Positions 1 to 8,599 of a stretch of DNA of 51,411 bases are shown here, in pieces. This stretch comes from a plasmid, in sequence record NZ_CP066773.1. The stretch is one strand, 5' to 3'. The position numbers and the translations under genes are program-made. Positions within the stretch are counted from its first letter, which is position 1. Each line of letters starts with the position of its first letter. The notes under the pieces are model-generated. The model saw only the letters and a program-made list of their open reading frames with translations. It made no database searches and was not told the origin of the DNA.

Positions 1-6
1 GCCGGC

Positions 7-1365
7 GTGGCCACGCTGGGCGAGCTGATGACGCTGGCCAACGATCTGGGCCGAGCCTGGTGGCGCCGTGTGCCACGCATCGGCCCGGCCGCTGCGGCGA
101 CCATTGTGCGCACCCTGGCTACAGCTGAAGCGACACTAGGGCGCCTGGGCGCCCACGTCACTGGCGTATCGTTGCCTGCCGCGCTCCCCTCGCCCGAGCT
201 CGTGCCGCACGCCGGGCGCGCGGTGCCGCTCGAAGCGATCCGCCTGCCGGCGGCCCTCGATGGCCGCGCCGGCATCAACCGGGGCGACATCAACCGCTGC
301 CGCATCGACGCACTCAACGACTACCAGGCAATCCAGACCTGGTTGTCGCTGTGGCCAGCCGGTGGTCACACCTGGCGCGCGTATCGCAAGGAAGCGGAAC
401 GCTGCTTGGCCTGGGCCATCCTGGAGCGCGGCAAGGCCTTCAGCGATCTGCTGACCGATGATTGCCTGGCGTACCGAGCCTTCTTGGCACAGAAGGATTT
501 CGGGCCACGCTGGAGCGGGCCGCAGGTCGCACGCACACTGCCGGGCTGGCGGCCGTTCCAAGGGCCGCTGTCGACGCGCAGCCGCGCCTATGCTGAGCAG
601 GTCCTGGCGGCCCTATGCGAGTGGCTGGTTGGCCGCCGCTATCTGGACTCGAACCCATGGGACGGCATGCCAGCGCTGCGCGTGGCTGCACTCGATATCG
701 ACATCGAGCGCGCGGTGCCGCCGGCGGTCTGGCAAGCGCTGCAGCCATGGCTAGACGCGCAGGCCGCCGATGACGTGCGCTGGCGCACCATCCGCGCCGC
801 CGTGTTGCTGTTGCACGATTCCGGCATGCGTGTGTTCGAGGCCGCCGGCGCCGAACGATCGGGCCTGCGGCCCGCCGGCGGCGATGGCCCGCTGTGGGGC
901 GAGCTACGCATCGTCGGCAAGCGAACCAAAACGCGGATGGTGCCAATCAGCCGCCGCGCACATGACGCCCTGGTGGCGCACTGGCGAGATCTGGGGGACG
1001 AACACGCTGCAGAGGGCCCGCTGCTGGCACCTGCCGAGCCCTGCACCAGCCCGCGTGCGCTGGCCAAGGCCGCCGACGGCCGCCGCGGCTACAGCGACCG
1101 AGGGCTGCGCCACCTGGTCACTCGCGCCGGCGAGGCTTTCCGTGCGCACCTGGAGCAAACCGACCCAGATCTACGCGCCCAGGCAATCCATCTGCATCCC
1201 CATGCGTTCCGGCACGCTTTCGGCACTGCGGGCGCCGAGGCCGGCGTGCCGCTCGATGTGAGGCAAAGCTACCTGGGGCACGCCTCGCCTGCGACTTCGG
1301 CGATCTACGACAAGGCCGGCGCCCGCCGGCGCCAACGCGAAGTCGCCAAGCTGTTCAGCGTCTAG
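7..1365 (+). CDS. Tyrosine recombinase / phage-type integrase. The reading frame is open to position 1, so the gene may be 5'-partial.
   Basis: C-terminal catalytic region HLHPHAFRHAFGTAG...LGHASPATSAIYDKAG matches the R..H..R..Y tyrosine-recombinase signature (HxxR, LGH, Y). 452 aa. Confidence 0.85.
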   Translation: MATLGELMTLANDLGRAWWRRVPRIGPAAAATIVRTLATAEATLGRLGAHVTGVSLPAALPSPELVPHAGRAVPLEAIRLPAALDGRAGINRGDINRCRIDALNDYQAIQTWLSLWPAGGHTWRAYRKEAERCLAWAILERGKAFSDLLTDDCLAYRAFLAQKDFGPRWSGPQVARTLPGWRPFQGPLSTRSRAYAEQVLAALCEWLVGRRYLDSNPWDGMPALRVAALDIDIERAVPPAVWQALQPWLDAQAADDVRWRTIRAAVLLLHDSGMRVFEAAGAERSGLRPAGGDGPLWGELRIVGKRTKTRMVPISRRAHDALVAHWRDLGDEHAAEGPLLAPAEPCTSPRALAKAADGRRGYSDRGLRHLVTRAGEAFRAHLEQTDPDLRAQAIHLHPHAFRHAFGTAGAEAGVPLDVRQSYLGHASPATSAIYDKAGARRRQREVAKLFSV

Positions 1366-1610
1366 CGTCGGGAGTGTCCGCGCCTGGTTAGAGCCGCTAG
1401 GGGTCCCCCTGGGGGACATGGAGAGGGTTGCGAGGATCTGGGAGACTGTCGCGCGGCCAGCGCGCCTCGCGGGACCGAGCAGCGGGGATGACCACCAAGT
1501 TGTGCCCATGGCCACCAGCACCAGGCAGACCTCCCCTCTGCAAGCTCGCTTTTTGGCCGCGCTGGTGTTCGGAAGAGTCATCTTGTGCCGGCACGCCGGC
1601 AAATGAAAAA

Positions 1611-1638
1611 GCGAGAGGGGGAAACCCTCTCGCTTGGT
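1611..1638 (-). terminator. Rho-independent terminator hairpin. Stem gcgagaggg/ccctctcgc, loop ggaaa. An A-run on the plus strand gives a T-run on the minus strand. It may act bidirectionally for the integrase and the 1669-2118 gene.
   Basis: Perfect 9-bp GC-rich inverted repeat lying between the convergent integrase and minus-strand genes, flanked by aaaaa on the plus strand. Confidence 0.5.
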
Positions 1639-1668
1639 GCTGCGTCGGCACAGAGCCAACTCCACGTG

Positions 1669-2118
1669 TTAAAACGCGAGCTCGCTATCACCAACGGGTG
1701 CATCGGACTTGGGCGGTGCGATGTCGAGCGAAATACGCGGCGTATTGTCCGCATTTCGCGCGCGACGACCGTACACCTTCAGTCGCGGAGCAGCTTCCCA
1801 TTCTTCCTTCGTGTATTCATTCTTCACGTCGGGAGTCATGGGCAGAACGATCAGATAACCCGTGTAATCGGGCGACTTGGCGTTCTTCTTCTCGGTGTTG
1901 CGGAAAAGCCGACCCGAGAAGTGCTGCTGCCCCCTTGCACCCACCGCCAGGTCCAGGAACTGACTTTCACCACTCTCGGCATCCTTCAGGAAGGCTGCCA
2001 GCGGGATCTGCGTATCTTCGAGCTTGATGGAGCCCGAGAACAGCGGACCATTTTCAGTGCGGCGATCGTCGGAAACCGGGAACAGGACGGCAGTGGTCTT
2101 GGTAGCTGCATTCAACAT
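1669..2118 (-). CDS. DUF736-like protein (ICE-associated family commonly found beside Tn4371-type integrases).
   Basis: Motif pattern G-x-F-S-G-S-I-K, SPDY..., ...ISLDIAPPKSDAP resembles the DUF736 consensus (GFTGTLRTL...APDFR...LDDPSFPAP). By-eye assignment only. Confidence 0.45.
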   Translation of the reverse strand: MLNAATKTTAVLFPVSDDRRTENGPLFSGSIKLEDTQIPLAAFLKDAESGESQFLDLAVGARGQQHFSGRLFRNTEKKNAKSPDYTGYLIVLPMTPDVKNEYTKEEWEAAPRLKVYGRRARNADNTPRISLDIAPPKSDAPVGDSELAF

Positions 2119-2208
2119 GATGAACCTCCTTCAAAGGTAAAAGAGGCCATCCGTGGAGCGTCGTTAGACGACCCACGAATGGCAGGACGTCTAAAGACAG
2201 GTTCCAGT

Positions 2209-2508
2209 CTATGGAGCACTTTTGCAGGATGCAAGAAGATTTTTCGGGCGCCCTATTCCCTGTGTTTTCCACGGCAGCGGGTGCATGATGAAGAATCGAT
2301 CCAGCGCGGGCAGGTCGTCGTCATCGAGCAAATTGCTCAGTCGCACATAAGTGCTGCCGCTTCCAAAGTACACCCGCACGTCCAGCTCGTCCTCCTCGAT
2401 GCGGACGACTTTCTCCGGCGCAGCGCCCTCGTTGAGGCGCAAGTACACGTTATCCCCGGCGGTGATACTTGCCTTCAGGACTGCGATCTGTTCTACGCTC
2501 CATTTCAT
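2209..2508 (-). CDS. Hypothetical small protein.
   Basis: ORF in the same orientation and operon as parA-parG; high GC3. Confidence 0.35.
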   Translation of the reverse strand: MKWSVEQIAVLKASITAGDNVYLRLNEGAAPEKVVRIEEDELDVRVYFGSGSTYVRLSNLLDDDDLPALDRFFIMHPLPWKTQGIGRPKNLLASCKSAP

Positions 2509-2635
2509 GCGATCAATCCTCTATGGTTACCGGTCGTGCGGGGCACTCGCGCGCCATCGTTTTTTTCCAATGTGTGGGTGTCTGAATGGCCTGCCGGCCC
2601 CCCGTGGATAGGTACACCCGCAGTTCGATGTTTTC

Positions 2636-2893
2636 CTAGTCGATGACAGCCGGATAGACGAAATCTGCGTCCGGCGTGAATTCGTATGGTGTCGGGTCGC
2701 CCTCGAACAGGACGTAACCCTCCACACCCTTCTCTCGGAGCAGTTTGACCGCGCGTCGCGTGTTCGCGACGACGAACTCATCAATGACACCTGGGTCGAC
2801 GGGCTTGCCGCCGCTCGATGCCCCGTCACCCCTGATTAGACAAGTCATGTCTTTTCCAGAGCCGACCTTTCGTCCGAAAATTTGGTTCTTCAT
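2636..2893 (-). CDS. Hypothetical small protein. Start placed at MKNQIFGRKV, which is preceded by a GGAAGGG Shine-Dalgarno.
   Basis: ORF 2636-2965 trimmed to an internal Met with an RBS; 85 aa. Confidence 0.4.
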   Translation of the reverse strand: MKNQIFGRKVGSGKDMTCLIRGDGASSGGKPVDPGVIDEFVVANTRRAVKLLREKGVEGYVLFEGDPTPYEFTPDADFVYPAVID

Positions 2894-2930
2894 CGTGACC
2901 CTTCCGCAATTACTCACACAGTGGCTCGCG

Positions 2931-3401
2931 TCAGCGCGTTTTGACCTGCGCTCGCACTGTTGCAATGTGTTCGGGTTGAACAGCGAACTCGGCGTACTCC
3001 AGCTCCAAAAATTTCATCATCGCAACGATGCGGTGGCGGCCGTCCGTCAGACTTGCTCGTCCCTGCTCCACGCCCATCCACGGTGTGTAGCACCAGCCTT
3101 CGCTTAAATCCCGCCGAACACGACTCCACCGCGCCGGATTGAGGTTCAACTGCTCGTTGTCCGGCAACGTTGCGAGGGCGGCGCGCAGATCTATGGTGAC
3201 GATCTCAAAACTGTGGCACAGCGGAGGAACCCGAAATTCAAGATCACGTGTCGGGTAATCATGCTTCAAGCAAGGTGGCATGTCCGCCATCGTCTTAAAC
3301 CGATACCACTCGTCGCCGATCGTCTCGTCGCCTGCAGCGAATCTCATGTAAAAGTACATCGACACGCCTGCAGGAACTGGCGGCAATCTTTTTACTGGCA
3401 T
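2931..3401 (-). CDS. Hypothetical protein with a possible ParB/Srx-fold (DGxHR) motif.
   Basis: LTDGRHRIVAMMKF resembles the ParB-nuclease/sulfiredoxin DG(H/Q)HR motif followed by a hydrophobic helix. Weak; the motif is unusually C-terminal. Confidence 0.3.
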   Translation of the reverse strand: MPVKRLPPVPAGVSMYFYMRFAAGDETIGDEWYRFKTMADMPPCLKHDYPTRDLEFRVPPLCHSFEIVTIDLRAALATLPDNEQLNLNPARWSRVRRDLSEGWCYTPWMGVEQGRASLTDGRHRIVAMMKFLELEYAEFAVQPEHIATVRAQVKTR

Positions 3402-3437
3402 TGTTCAGCCCTTCTTCCGGTTCTTGCACGCAGCTGG

Positions 3438-3821
3438 TCACTGTTGCACTGTTCGTTCGCGCAGATAGTAGAGGTATACAAGGCTGATGGGCGCCAGGAA
3501 AACGGCCAAGCACCAGCACGCCATCATGGTGGCTAGCTTCCCCAGCGACACCCAGAGAACGCCCAGCATGAACTTGGTATCCCCCATGATGAAGCCCCAA
3601 ACTCGTTCATAGAGGAACCGTGCATACGGGTATAGCAGGGTGTTTACCACGGCGAGTAGGAACATCCCACCGCTGCCGGGCTGGTGATTCACCTGGGCGA
3701 GCAACATGAGCGGGAAAATCAGGGCAAAGCAAAGGTGGCGCAGGTAGTACGGAAGCGTCAGCCCACCGAGCGACTTTTCGATTACGGCATACATTTCATC
3801 CTCCATCCATCTGGTTGTCAT
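3438..3821 (-). CDS. Small integral membrane protein with 3-4 TM helices.
   Basis: Hydrophobic segments LCFALIFPLMLLAQV, MFLLAVVNTLLYPY, VLWVSLGKLATMMACWCLAVFLAPISLVYLYYL. Confidence 0.45.
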   Translation of the reverse strand: MTTRWMEDEMYAVIEKSLGGLTLPYYLRHLCFALIFPLMLLAQVNHQPGSGGMFLLAVVNTLLYPYARFLYERVWGFIMGDTKFMLGVLWVSLGKLATMMACWCLAVFLAPISLVYLYYLRERTVQQ

Positions 3822-3882
3822 TGGCGAGGTTCGACAGGCACTCGCAAATCCTGATCCTCCAGGATGCCCGGCCCATCTCTAT

Positions 3883-4080
3883 CTAGCGATTGTCCTTGAC
3901 GCCAGCAGCAACAAGCCGCTCTGCGTCATTGGCAGACAAGACTGCTCTTGCCGCCCCATATGCGAACACAGGTCCCATCGGGTGACCGCCTTCGATGGAA
4001 ACCTTAGAAAAGTCCACGCAGAAGGTCACGCTATCGAGAATGAGCGTGTTGGGCGGATGAATTCCGAGATCCTTAACCAT
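3883..4080 (-). CDS. Hypothetical small protein.
   Basis: 65-aa ORF in operon orientation. Confidence 0.3.
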   Translation of the reverse strand: MVKDLGIHPPNTLILDSVTFCVDFSKVSIEGGHPMGPVFAYGAARAVLSANDAERLVAAGVKDNR

Positions 4081-4130
4081 TTTCTTGTCCTCTTTTCGTT
4101 ATGCCGGCGCTGCCGGCGTTCCCCAGGGAA

Positions 4131-4436
4131 TCACTGACCTTCTTCGGATACCAGTTCCGGTCGCCACTCCCTGACAATGGCCTCAAATTGCGAGCCATAG
4201 CCCAAGGTGTCCGGATAGTGGTTGTTCCGTGCGGCATAGCCAAACACGACCACCACGTCTTCCACGATCTCGTCGTCGAGCCCCCAGGCCACGGTGATAT
4301 CGAACCCACCGCATTGGCCCGGGTTCCACCATGCCAACAGAAAGTCGGCGACACGTCGGCTCTGCCCGCTGTCGCGCATCGCGTGTGCGATCAGGCGTTC
4401 CAGGGCGGCTCGTTCAGCATCCGTCATCTTGGCCAT
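4131..4436 (-). CDS. Hypothetical acidic protein immediately downstream of parG.
   Basis: 101-aa ORF with high GC3, tightly spaced in the parAG operon. Confidence 0.45.
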   Translation of the reverse strand: MAKMTDAERAALERLIAHAMRDSGQSRRVADFLLAWWNPGQCGGFDITVAWGLDDEIVEDVVVVFGYAARNNHYPDTLGYGSQFEAIVREWRPELVSEEGQ

Positions 4437-4487
4437 GTCTTTCTCATGAGTTGAGTTATTGAGTTAAGCCATTGAGTTGCGCATCAG
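4437..4487. repeat. Cluster of TTGAGT(T/A) heptamer repeats downstream of parG (gagttgagttattgagttaagccattgagttg). Candidate centromere / ParG-binding site.
   Basis: Four or more copies of TTGAGTT/TTGAGTTAAG within 50 bp. The same motif family flanks parA. Confidence 0.45.
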
Positions 4488-4727
4488 CTAACTGATTTCC
4501 TTGCGGATCAGACCACGCACGAGATCTGCGATGGAAATGCCCGCCTCAACTGCTCGCATCTTCAAACGCCGATGTTCGTCCGGGTCCAGGTCGAAGTTCA
4601 CGCGCACGGGCTTAAGGGGCCGGTTTCCGACCTGCGACTGGACCATCGCAGCGCCGCCGACAAATTCGTCCCTCGACACCGGCTTACCGGCATCGGAACT
4701 CTTGGTGGCAATCTTGAATTTACTCAT
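4488..4727 (-). CDS. parG: ParG-like ribbon-helix-helix centromere-binding protein (type Ib partition adaptor).
   Basis: 79 aa. C-terminal VRVNFDLDPDEHRRLKMRAVEAGISIADLVRGLIRKE is a CopG/ParG-type RHH. Lies immediately downstream of a small ParA. Confidence 0.6.
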   Translation of the reverse strand: MSKFKIATKSSDAGKPVSRDEFVGGAAMVQSQVGNRPLKPVRVNFDLDPDEHRRLKMRAVEAGISIADLVRGLIRKEIS

Positions 4728-4766
4728 TTGCGTAACTCAAAAGAGTTGTTACTTAAACACTCACGC

Positions 4767-5414
4767 CTACGCGGCGACCTCAAAGAATTCCTGGGCGAGC
4801 AGCTGGATCTCGGCGCACGCCTGGGAATTACTCAACTCAACCACTCCATTTCCGTTGAGTAACGCATCACGGTAGACCTTTCGGTCGCGGATGATGGTGT
4901 CCGCGAGTTCGAGCTGATCGAACTGGCTTAGCGCCTCGCGCGCGTCGTCCACCTCTCGAATCGTCGGATTGGAGGGCGCCATCGACAGCACCGCGAAGGC
5001 CTTCAGGTCGGGATTCAGGCCTCGGGCCAAGCTGACTAACTCGTTGACCTTCGGCAGCGTCTCCAGATCGGCCTGGCTGGCGCGGGTAGGCACCAGCAAC
5101 AGGTTGGAAACAGCCATTGCCGACCGCATTTCGCGGGAATCGCGGCCGCCGGCATCTACCACAATCACCTGGTAGCGCCGCGATAAATCGCGCAGCGTCG
5201 CCGCGACATCGCCCGTCCGCTGGATACACGGCACCGCTGGGCCGATACCGGCTTCGTCGCGTCGTTCGGAAAACCGAGCGCATGTCGCTTGGCCATCGGT
5301 ATCGACCAGGACAACATCGACATTCTGGCGAACCAGATGCACGGCGATGTTGCTGGCAATGGTGGACTTCCCCGTACCGCCCTTCTCTGCTGCCACAAGC
5401 ACGATCATACTCAC
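4767..5414 (-). CDS. parA: ParA/ParF-type partition ATPase (small, type Ib).
   Basis: Deviant Walker A VAAEKGGTGKST, Walker A' VVLVDTDGQ, Walker B region VIVVDAGG; 215 aa. Confidence 0.9.
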   Translation of the reverse strand: MSMIVLVAAEKGGTGKSTIASNIAVHLVRQNVDVVLVDTDGQATCARFSERRDEAGIGPAVPCIQRTGDVAATLRDLSRRYQVIVVDAGGRDSREMRSAMAVSNLLLVPTRASQADLETLPKVNELVSLARGLNPDLKAFAVLSMAPSNPTIREVDDAREALSQFDQLELADTIIRDRKVYRDALLNGNGVVELSNSQACAEIQLLAQEFFEVAA

Positions 5415-5580
5415 ATCATCACCTCATTTGAGTTGAGTAACAGAGTTAAGTATAAGAGTAACGCATCACTTTATCAACTCATTTGAGTTGATGAGTTGCG
5501 CCGATGCGTCACTCTTTTGAGTTAAGTTTTTAAGTGCCTCAACCACATTGATGCGCTGAGTTGAGTTTTTACGCGGAGCT
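5415..5580. promoter_or_regulatory. parA upstream region densely packed with TTGAGT(T/A) repeats in both orientations. Probable centromere (parC/parS-like) plus autoregulated promoter.
   Basis: tttgagttgagtaac, agagttaagtat, atttgagttgatgagttg, cttttgagttaagttttt, ctgagttgagttttt. Additional copies sit at 4730-4760 and 4838-4860. Confidence 0.55.
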
Positions 5581-6232
5581 AGTCCTGGCCATCGTCCTGC
5601 GCGCACACGGCCATGGCGCCATGCTTGGGGCAGAGGGGCGCCCCGACGAGATCTAGCCACTTCCGAGAAGTCCGGGCCGTGTAGCCGCAGCTGCCGCACT
5701 TGCACTTGATGTGCCGCCGCGTCTGTTTCTTCGGCGCCGTCGTCTTGATCCCTGGCGCCTCGCCATCGTCCGAGCTATCTGCGTCTGGCCTGGTCCGCAA
5801 GCGCGCATGCGGCAGTGGCCCGGCGTCGTCCAGGATTGGCGTGACGCTTTCCTCAAAGCGCGGGCCGGCCGTCGTTGATCGCATCGGACCCTTCAGGCCA
5901 ATCCCGACCGCAACATCCCGAAAGGGCTTGCGGTGGCCAGCATCGAGGCCGACCGCGGCGTGCACGAGCTCGTGCGCAAGGATCGCGGCGACTTGCATGG
6001 GCATCAGGTCGGCCGACTCCACCAGGTCAGGCCGGATGAAGATCTCGAAGTGTGCATCTTCGCTGCAGCTGGTGTCCCAGCACTCGCCAATCCGCTTACC
6101 GCGCTGGCCTGTCGACGTGAATCCGATGGCGATCCGAATCCGACCAGGCAGCGGGGCATCGAGCGCTGCGAACATTGGCGCCATGCGGCGCGCAACATGG
6201 TTCAACCAGGCTTCACGATTGGCATGGCGCAT
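5579..6232 (-). CDS. SprT-like zinc metallopeptidase with a C-terminal Cys4 zinc ribbon. Start placed at MRHANREAW (GGAAG Shine-Dalgarno). The ORF-track N-terminal extension to 6643 is probably spurious; an alternative start is at 6327.
   Basis: HELVHAAVGLDAGHRKPF (HExxH...H) followed by CKCGSCGY...CPKHG, typical of the SprT/Mig-14-like fold. Confidence 0.6.
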   Translation of the reverse strand: MRHANREAWLNHVARRMAPMFAALDAPLPGRIRIAIGFTSTGQRGKRIGECWDTSCSEDAHFEIFIRPDLVESADLMPMQVAAILAHELVHAAVGLDAGHRKPFRDVAVGIGLKGPMRSTTAGPRFEESVTPILDDAGPLPHARLRTRPDADSSDDGEAPGIKTTAPKKQTRRHIKCKCGSCGYTARTSRKWLDLVGAPLCPKHGAMAVCAQDDGQD

Positions 6233-6275
6233 CAGCTTCCCCCTCCCGATGGAATGTGTCGCCATTATCGCGATG

Positions 6276-6293
6276 AGTGCGTGTACACGCTCT
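6276..6293. promoter_or_regulatory. Palindromic operator GCGTGTACACGC (12-bp perfect core, 16/18 extended) upstream of the SprT-like gene. A GATAAT -10-like element lies just downstream on the minus strand.
   Basis: The same palindrome occurs as a perfect 18-mer at 9316-9333 upstream of another minus-strand operon. Confidence 0.5.
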
Positions 6294-6698
6294 ATATTTT
6301 TCACTCCGAGCGCTTTTTTGGACCACATCGACCCATCCAGGACACCCCGGAGGGTCAACCAGTCCGAAAAAAACGCTCTGAGCGCCCGTATACGCGTCCT
6401 AGAGCCCTCGCGGTGGCCAACCCGACCCTCTCTCTGCCAGCAACGTGCTTTGGATGAGCGGAAAGGTGTTTGCGCGCGCCGTCGCGCCCGGATTGAGGCG
6501 CCCGGGGACCCCCGCCGAAGGCGTGGGGAGAGCGCCGACCCGGCGTAGCCGGGGCAATCCGGCTCTGCGGTTGTGCTGGCGATCGGGGCAGTCAAGCGCG
6601 CTTGCGCGCGTGATAGCCCCGCGTGCGGGGCGTAGATGAACAACCCTCACGGGTGGGCGCGAAGCGCCCGGGTGGGGTTAAAGGCCGCGGTGAAGCGG

Positions 6699-6707
6699 TT
6701 ATCCACA
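6699..6707 (+). promoter_or_regulatory. Consensus DnaA box TTATCCACA. Two further TCCACAGG DnaA-box-like motifs lie at about 6891-6899 and 6924-6932.
   Basis: Exact 9-mer match adjacent to an AT-rich GTTTT-repeat stretch (6720-6790) and the iterons. Confidence 0.55.
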
Positions 6708-6805
6708 GGCAAGCCTCGCACGCGTGTTTTTGGTTTACGTTTTACCGTTTTTAAATCGTTTTAGGCGGCGTAACTCATTGATTTAACGCGGGAAAAATGG
6801 CCTCG

Positions 6806-6919
6806 TTGGGCCTTTTCCCGGGTCTATTGGGCCTTTTTCCGGGCGCAAAGTGGTCATTTTCCGGGTTTCTAGGTCTTTTTCCGGGTGCTGTCCACAGGCG
6901 TATTGGGACATTTTCCGGG
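6806..6919. repeat. Iteron array A: five copies, about 22-bp spacing, of TATTGGG(a/c)CATTTTCCGGG. This is the reverse orientation of the downstream iteron. Forms the oriV core upstream of rep.
   Basis: Copies: ttgggccttttcccggg, tattgggcctttttccggg, ggtcattttccggg, ggtctttttccggg, tattgggacattttccggg (the last is perfect). Confidence 0.7.
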
Positions 6920-7008
6920 CACCATCCACAGGTGGCACACAACAGTTGTTGACCCAATACGCTGATTGGGCTATGTTTGTTGGTGTCCCAATACCCCGGA
7001 AGATGACC

Positions 7009-7766
7009 CAATGTTAGTCGAGGAAGACAAGCCGGTCGCGTACAGCGAGCCGGCGCTGGCCGAGCGCAACGTCACCATGAGCAACGCGCTCACGCGGGCA
7101 GCACACAGCCTGACGCTTGCCGAAAAGCGGTTAATTGCAGCGTGCATCGCAAAGAACGACTCGATCCCGTTTGTCGAGCTGCGAAGGGAAGGCGCCTGGC
7201 GGGTGCGGCTCTCTGCGGCCGAGTACGCCGAGGCCTTCGGCGTGGATGCCAACACGGCATACGAGCAGCTGCAGGGGGCTAGCGACAGCCTGTTCAACCG
7301 CTACGTGCGCACGGTGCGGGAAACCCGCAGAGGGCCGGAGGAATTCAAGTTCCGCTGGGTGGGTAGTGCGAAGTATCACAAGGGCGAGGGCTGGATCGAG
7401 CTGGTCTGGTTCCAGGAAGTGGTGCCGCACCTGTTCGGCTTGCGCCAGGAATTCACGACCTACAAGCTGCGCCAGGCGGCCGCTCTGCGCTCGGTCTACG
7501 CCTGGCGCCTGTTCGAGTGCTTCAAGTCCTGGGCGGCCACCGGCCGATACACGCCGACGATCGAGGAATTTCATCGGGCAATGGATGCGTCCGAAAGCCA
7601 GCGCAAGAACTTCAAGGATCTGCGCCGGCGCGTCATCGAGCCGGCCGTGAAGGAGCTGCGGGAGAAAAACGGCCTGCACATCGAATGGGAACCCGAGACG
7701 GCCGGTCGCAAAGTCGTCAAGCTGGACTTCCGGTTTCGCGTCTCGCCCCAAGGGGCGCTTTTCTGA
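7009..7766 (+). CDS. repA: Plasmid-type replication initiator (Rep_3 / RepA-like). Start taken at MLVEEDK; MSNALTRAA is an alternative.
   Basis: SNALTRAAHSLTLAEKRLIAACIAKNDS matches the Rep_3 N-terminal signature (qsNaL..a.y.LslnEkRl.l.lisk.d). Flanked on both sides by iterons. Confidence 0.75.
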
Positions 7767-7796
7767 CAGGCGGCGGCCCAGGTGCCGCCGACTTCA

Positions 7797-8166
7797 CCCG
7801 GAAAATGTCCCAATAGCCGTGTCCCGGTCGGAGCAAGGGCGGCGAGCCGACGCCGGCCGTACGCATCCACACGCCCGAACCACCCCGGAAAATGTCCCAA
7901 TAGGCCTCCGCAGCAACGGAGAGGCAGCTGCTGCTGACCGTCAGGTCAGCGGCAACTGCCGATTGCACCCAACCCGGAAAATGTCCCAATGGCTTGTCCC
8001 AGTAGTTCGGCCAGAAGGTTAGCGAGGGCTTGCTGCAGTTTCCGGGTTGCCCCCGGCGACACGGAAAATGTCCCAATACAACCCTGCCGAGACCCAGATC
8101 GACGTGGCCAGCGTGCCGCTGGCCACGTCGGGCGCAGCGGACCGGAACCCGGAAAATGTCCCAATA
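7797..8166 (+). repeat. Iteron array B: five direct copies of CCCGGAAAATGTCCCAATA spaced about 88 bp apart, at 7797, 7884, 7973, 8060 (variant ACGG) and 8148.
   Basis: Near-identical 19-mers. One inverted partial copy (gtttccggg) at about 8038. Confidence 0.75.
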
Positions 8167-8176
8167 GATTGTCGGC

Positions 8177-8599
8177 CTAGCCGGATTGCTTCTCGCTGCT
8201 GGGACCGAACCTGACTCCGTTTTGCAATTCGGCCAGTTGCTGCGCCCGGCGTTCGAGCATCTTCTTTCCGACCTTCTCCATGACGGCAGGATCGGCGTCG
8301 CAGACGTCGATCATGGCGCTGACGATTTCCGGCAGATCGATGACCGGCCGGATGAAGGTGCACTCCTTCATCCGCCGCTTGGCGCGCAGGAAGCTGTCGT
8401 GAAAGATCAGCACCGCCTTGACCCCAGGCGTTTTCTCCTTGGCCTTGGGCACAATCTTGCGCACGCCAAACGCCTCCGATTCGTCGTCGGCCTCCCACTC
8501 AGCGCGAGTAAAGACGACGGTATCAGGCTCGGCCGCCCCATCGTGAATCGGGGGAAGTACAACGAGCGCGTCGTTGTCATGCGGCTTCTGATTGTCCAT
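8177..8599 (-). CDS. Hypothetical protein.
   Basis: 140-aa ORF overlapping the stop of 8577-9311 by 23 nt, operon-style. Confidence 0.4.
   Translation of the reverse strand: MDNQKPHDNDALVVLPPIHDGAAEPDTVVFTRAEWEADDESEAFGVRKIVPKAKEKTPGVKAVLIFHDSFLRAKRRMKECTFIRPVIDLPEIVSAMIDVCDADPAVMEKVGKKMLERRAQQLAELQNGVRFGPSSEKQSG

Noticed and set aside
636-656. tRNA T-arm-like motif (reverse complement TGGGTTCGAGTCC) that could indicate a tRNA att site.
   Set aside because: It lies inside the integrase coding frame (codes YLDSNPWDG). Flanking sequence does not fold into a T-stem or acceptor stem, and no CCA-end context. Coincidental.
136-1261. Multiple overlapping ORFs (136-561 minus, 440-946 minus, 639-1067 minus, 770-1261 plus) inside the integrase gene. 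Similar overlapping ORFs occur throughout, for example 22055-22651, 23820-24851, 29947-31113, 15642-16817.
   Set aside because: These are typical high-GC artefacts: Arg/Ala/Pro-rich translations with no start context, antisense or out of frame to genes with clear homology and GC3 bias.
5579-6643. ORF-track 354-aa call for the SprT-like gene.
   Set aside because: The N-terminal ~100 codons are Arg/Ala/Pro-rich low-complexity sequence overlapping the oriV region and a palindromic operator, and lack an RBS. The gene was trimmed to an internal start with a Shine-Dalgarno.
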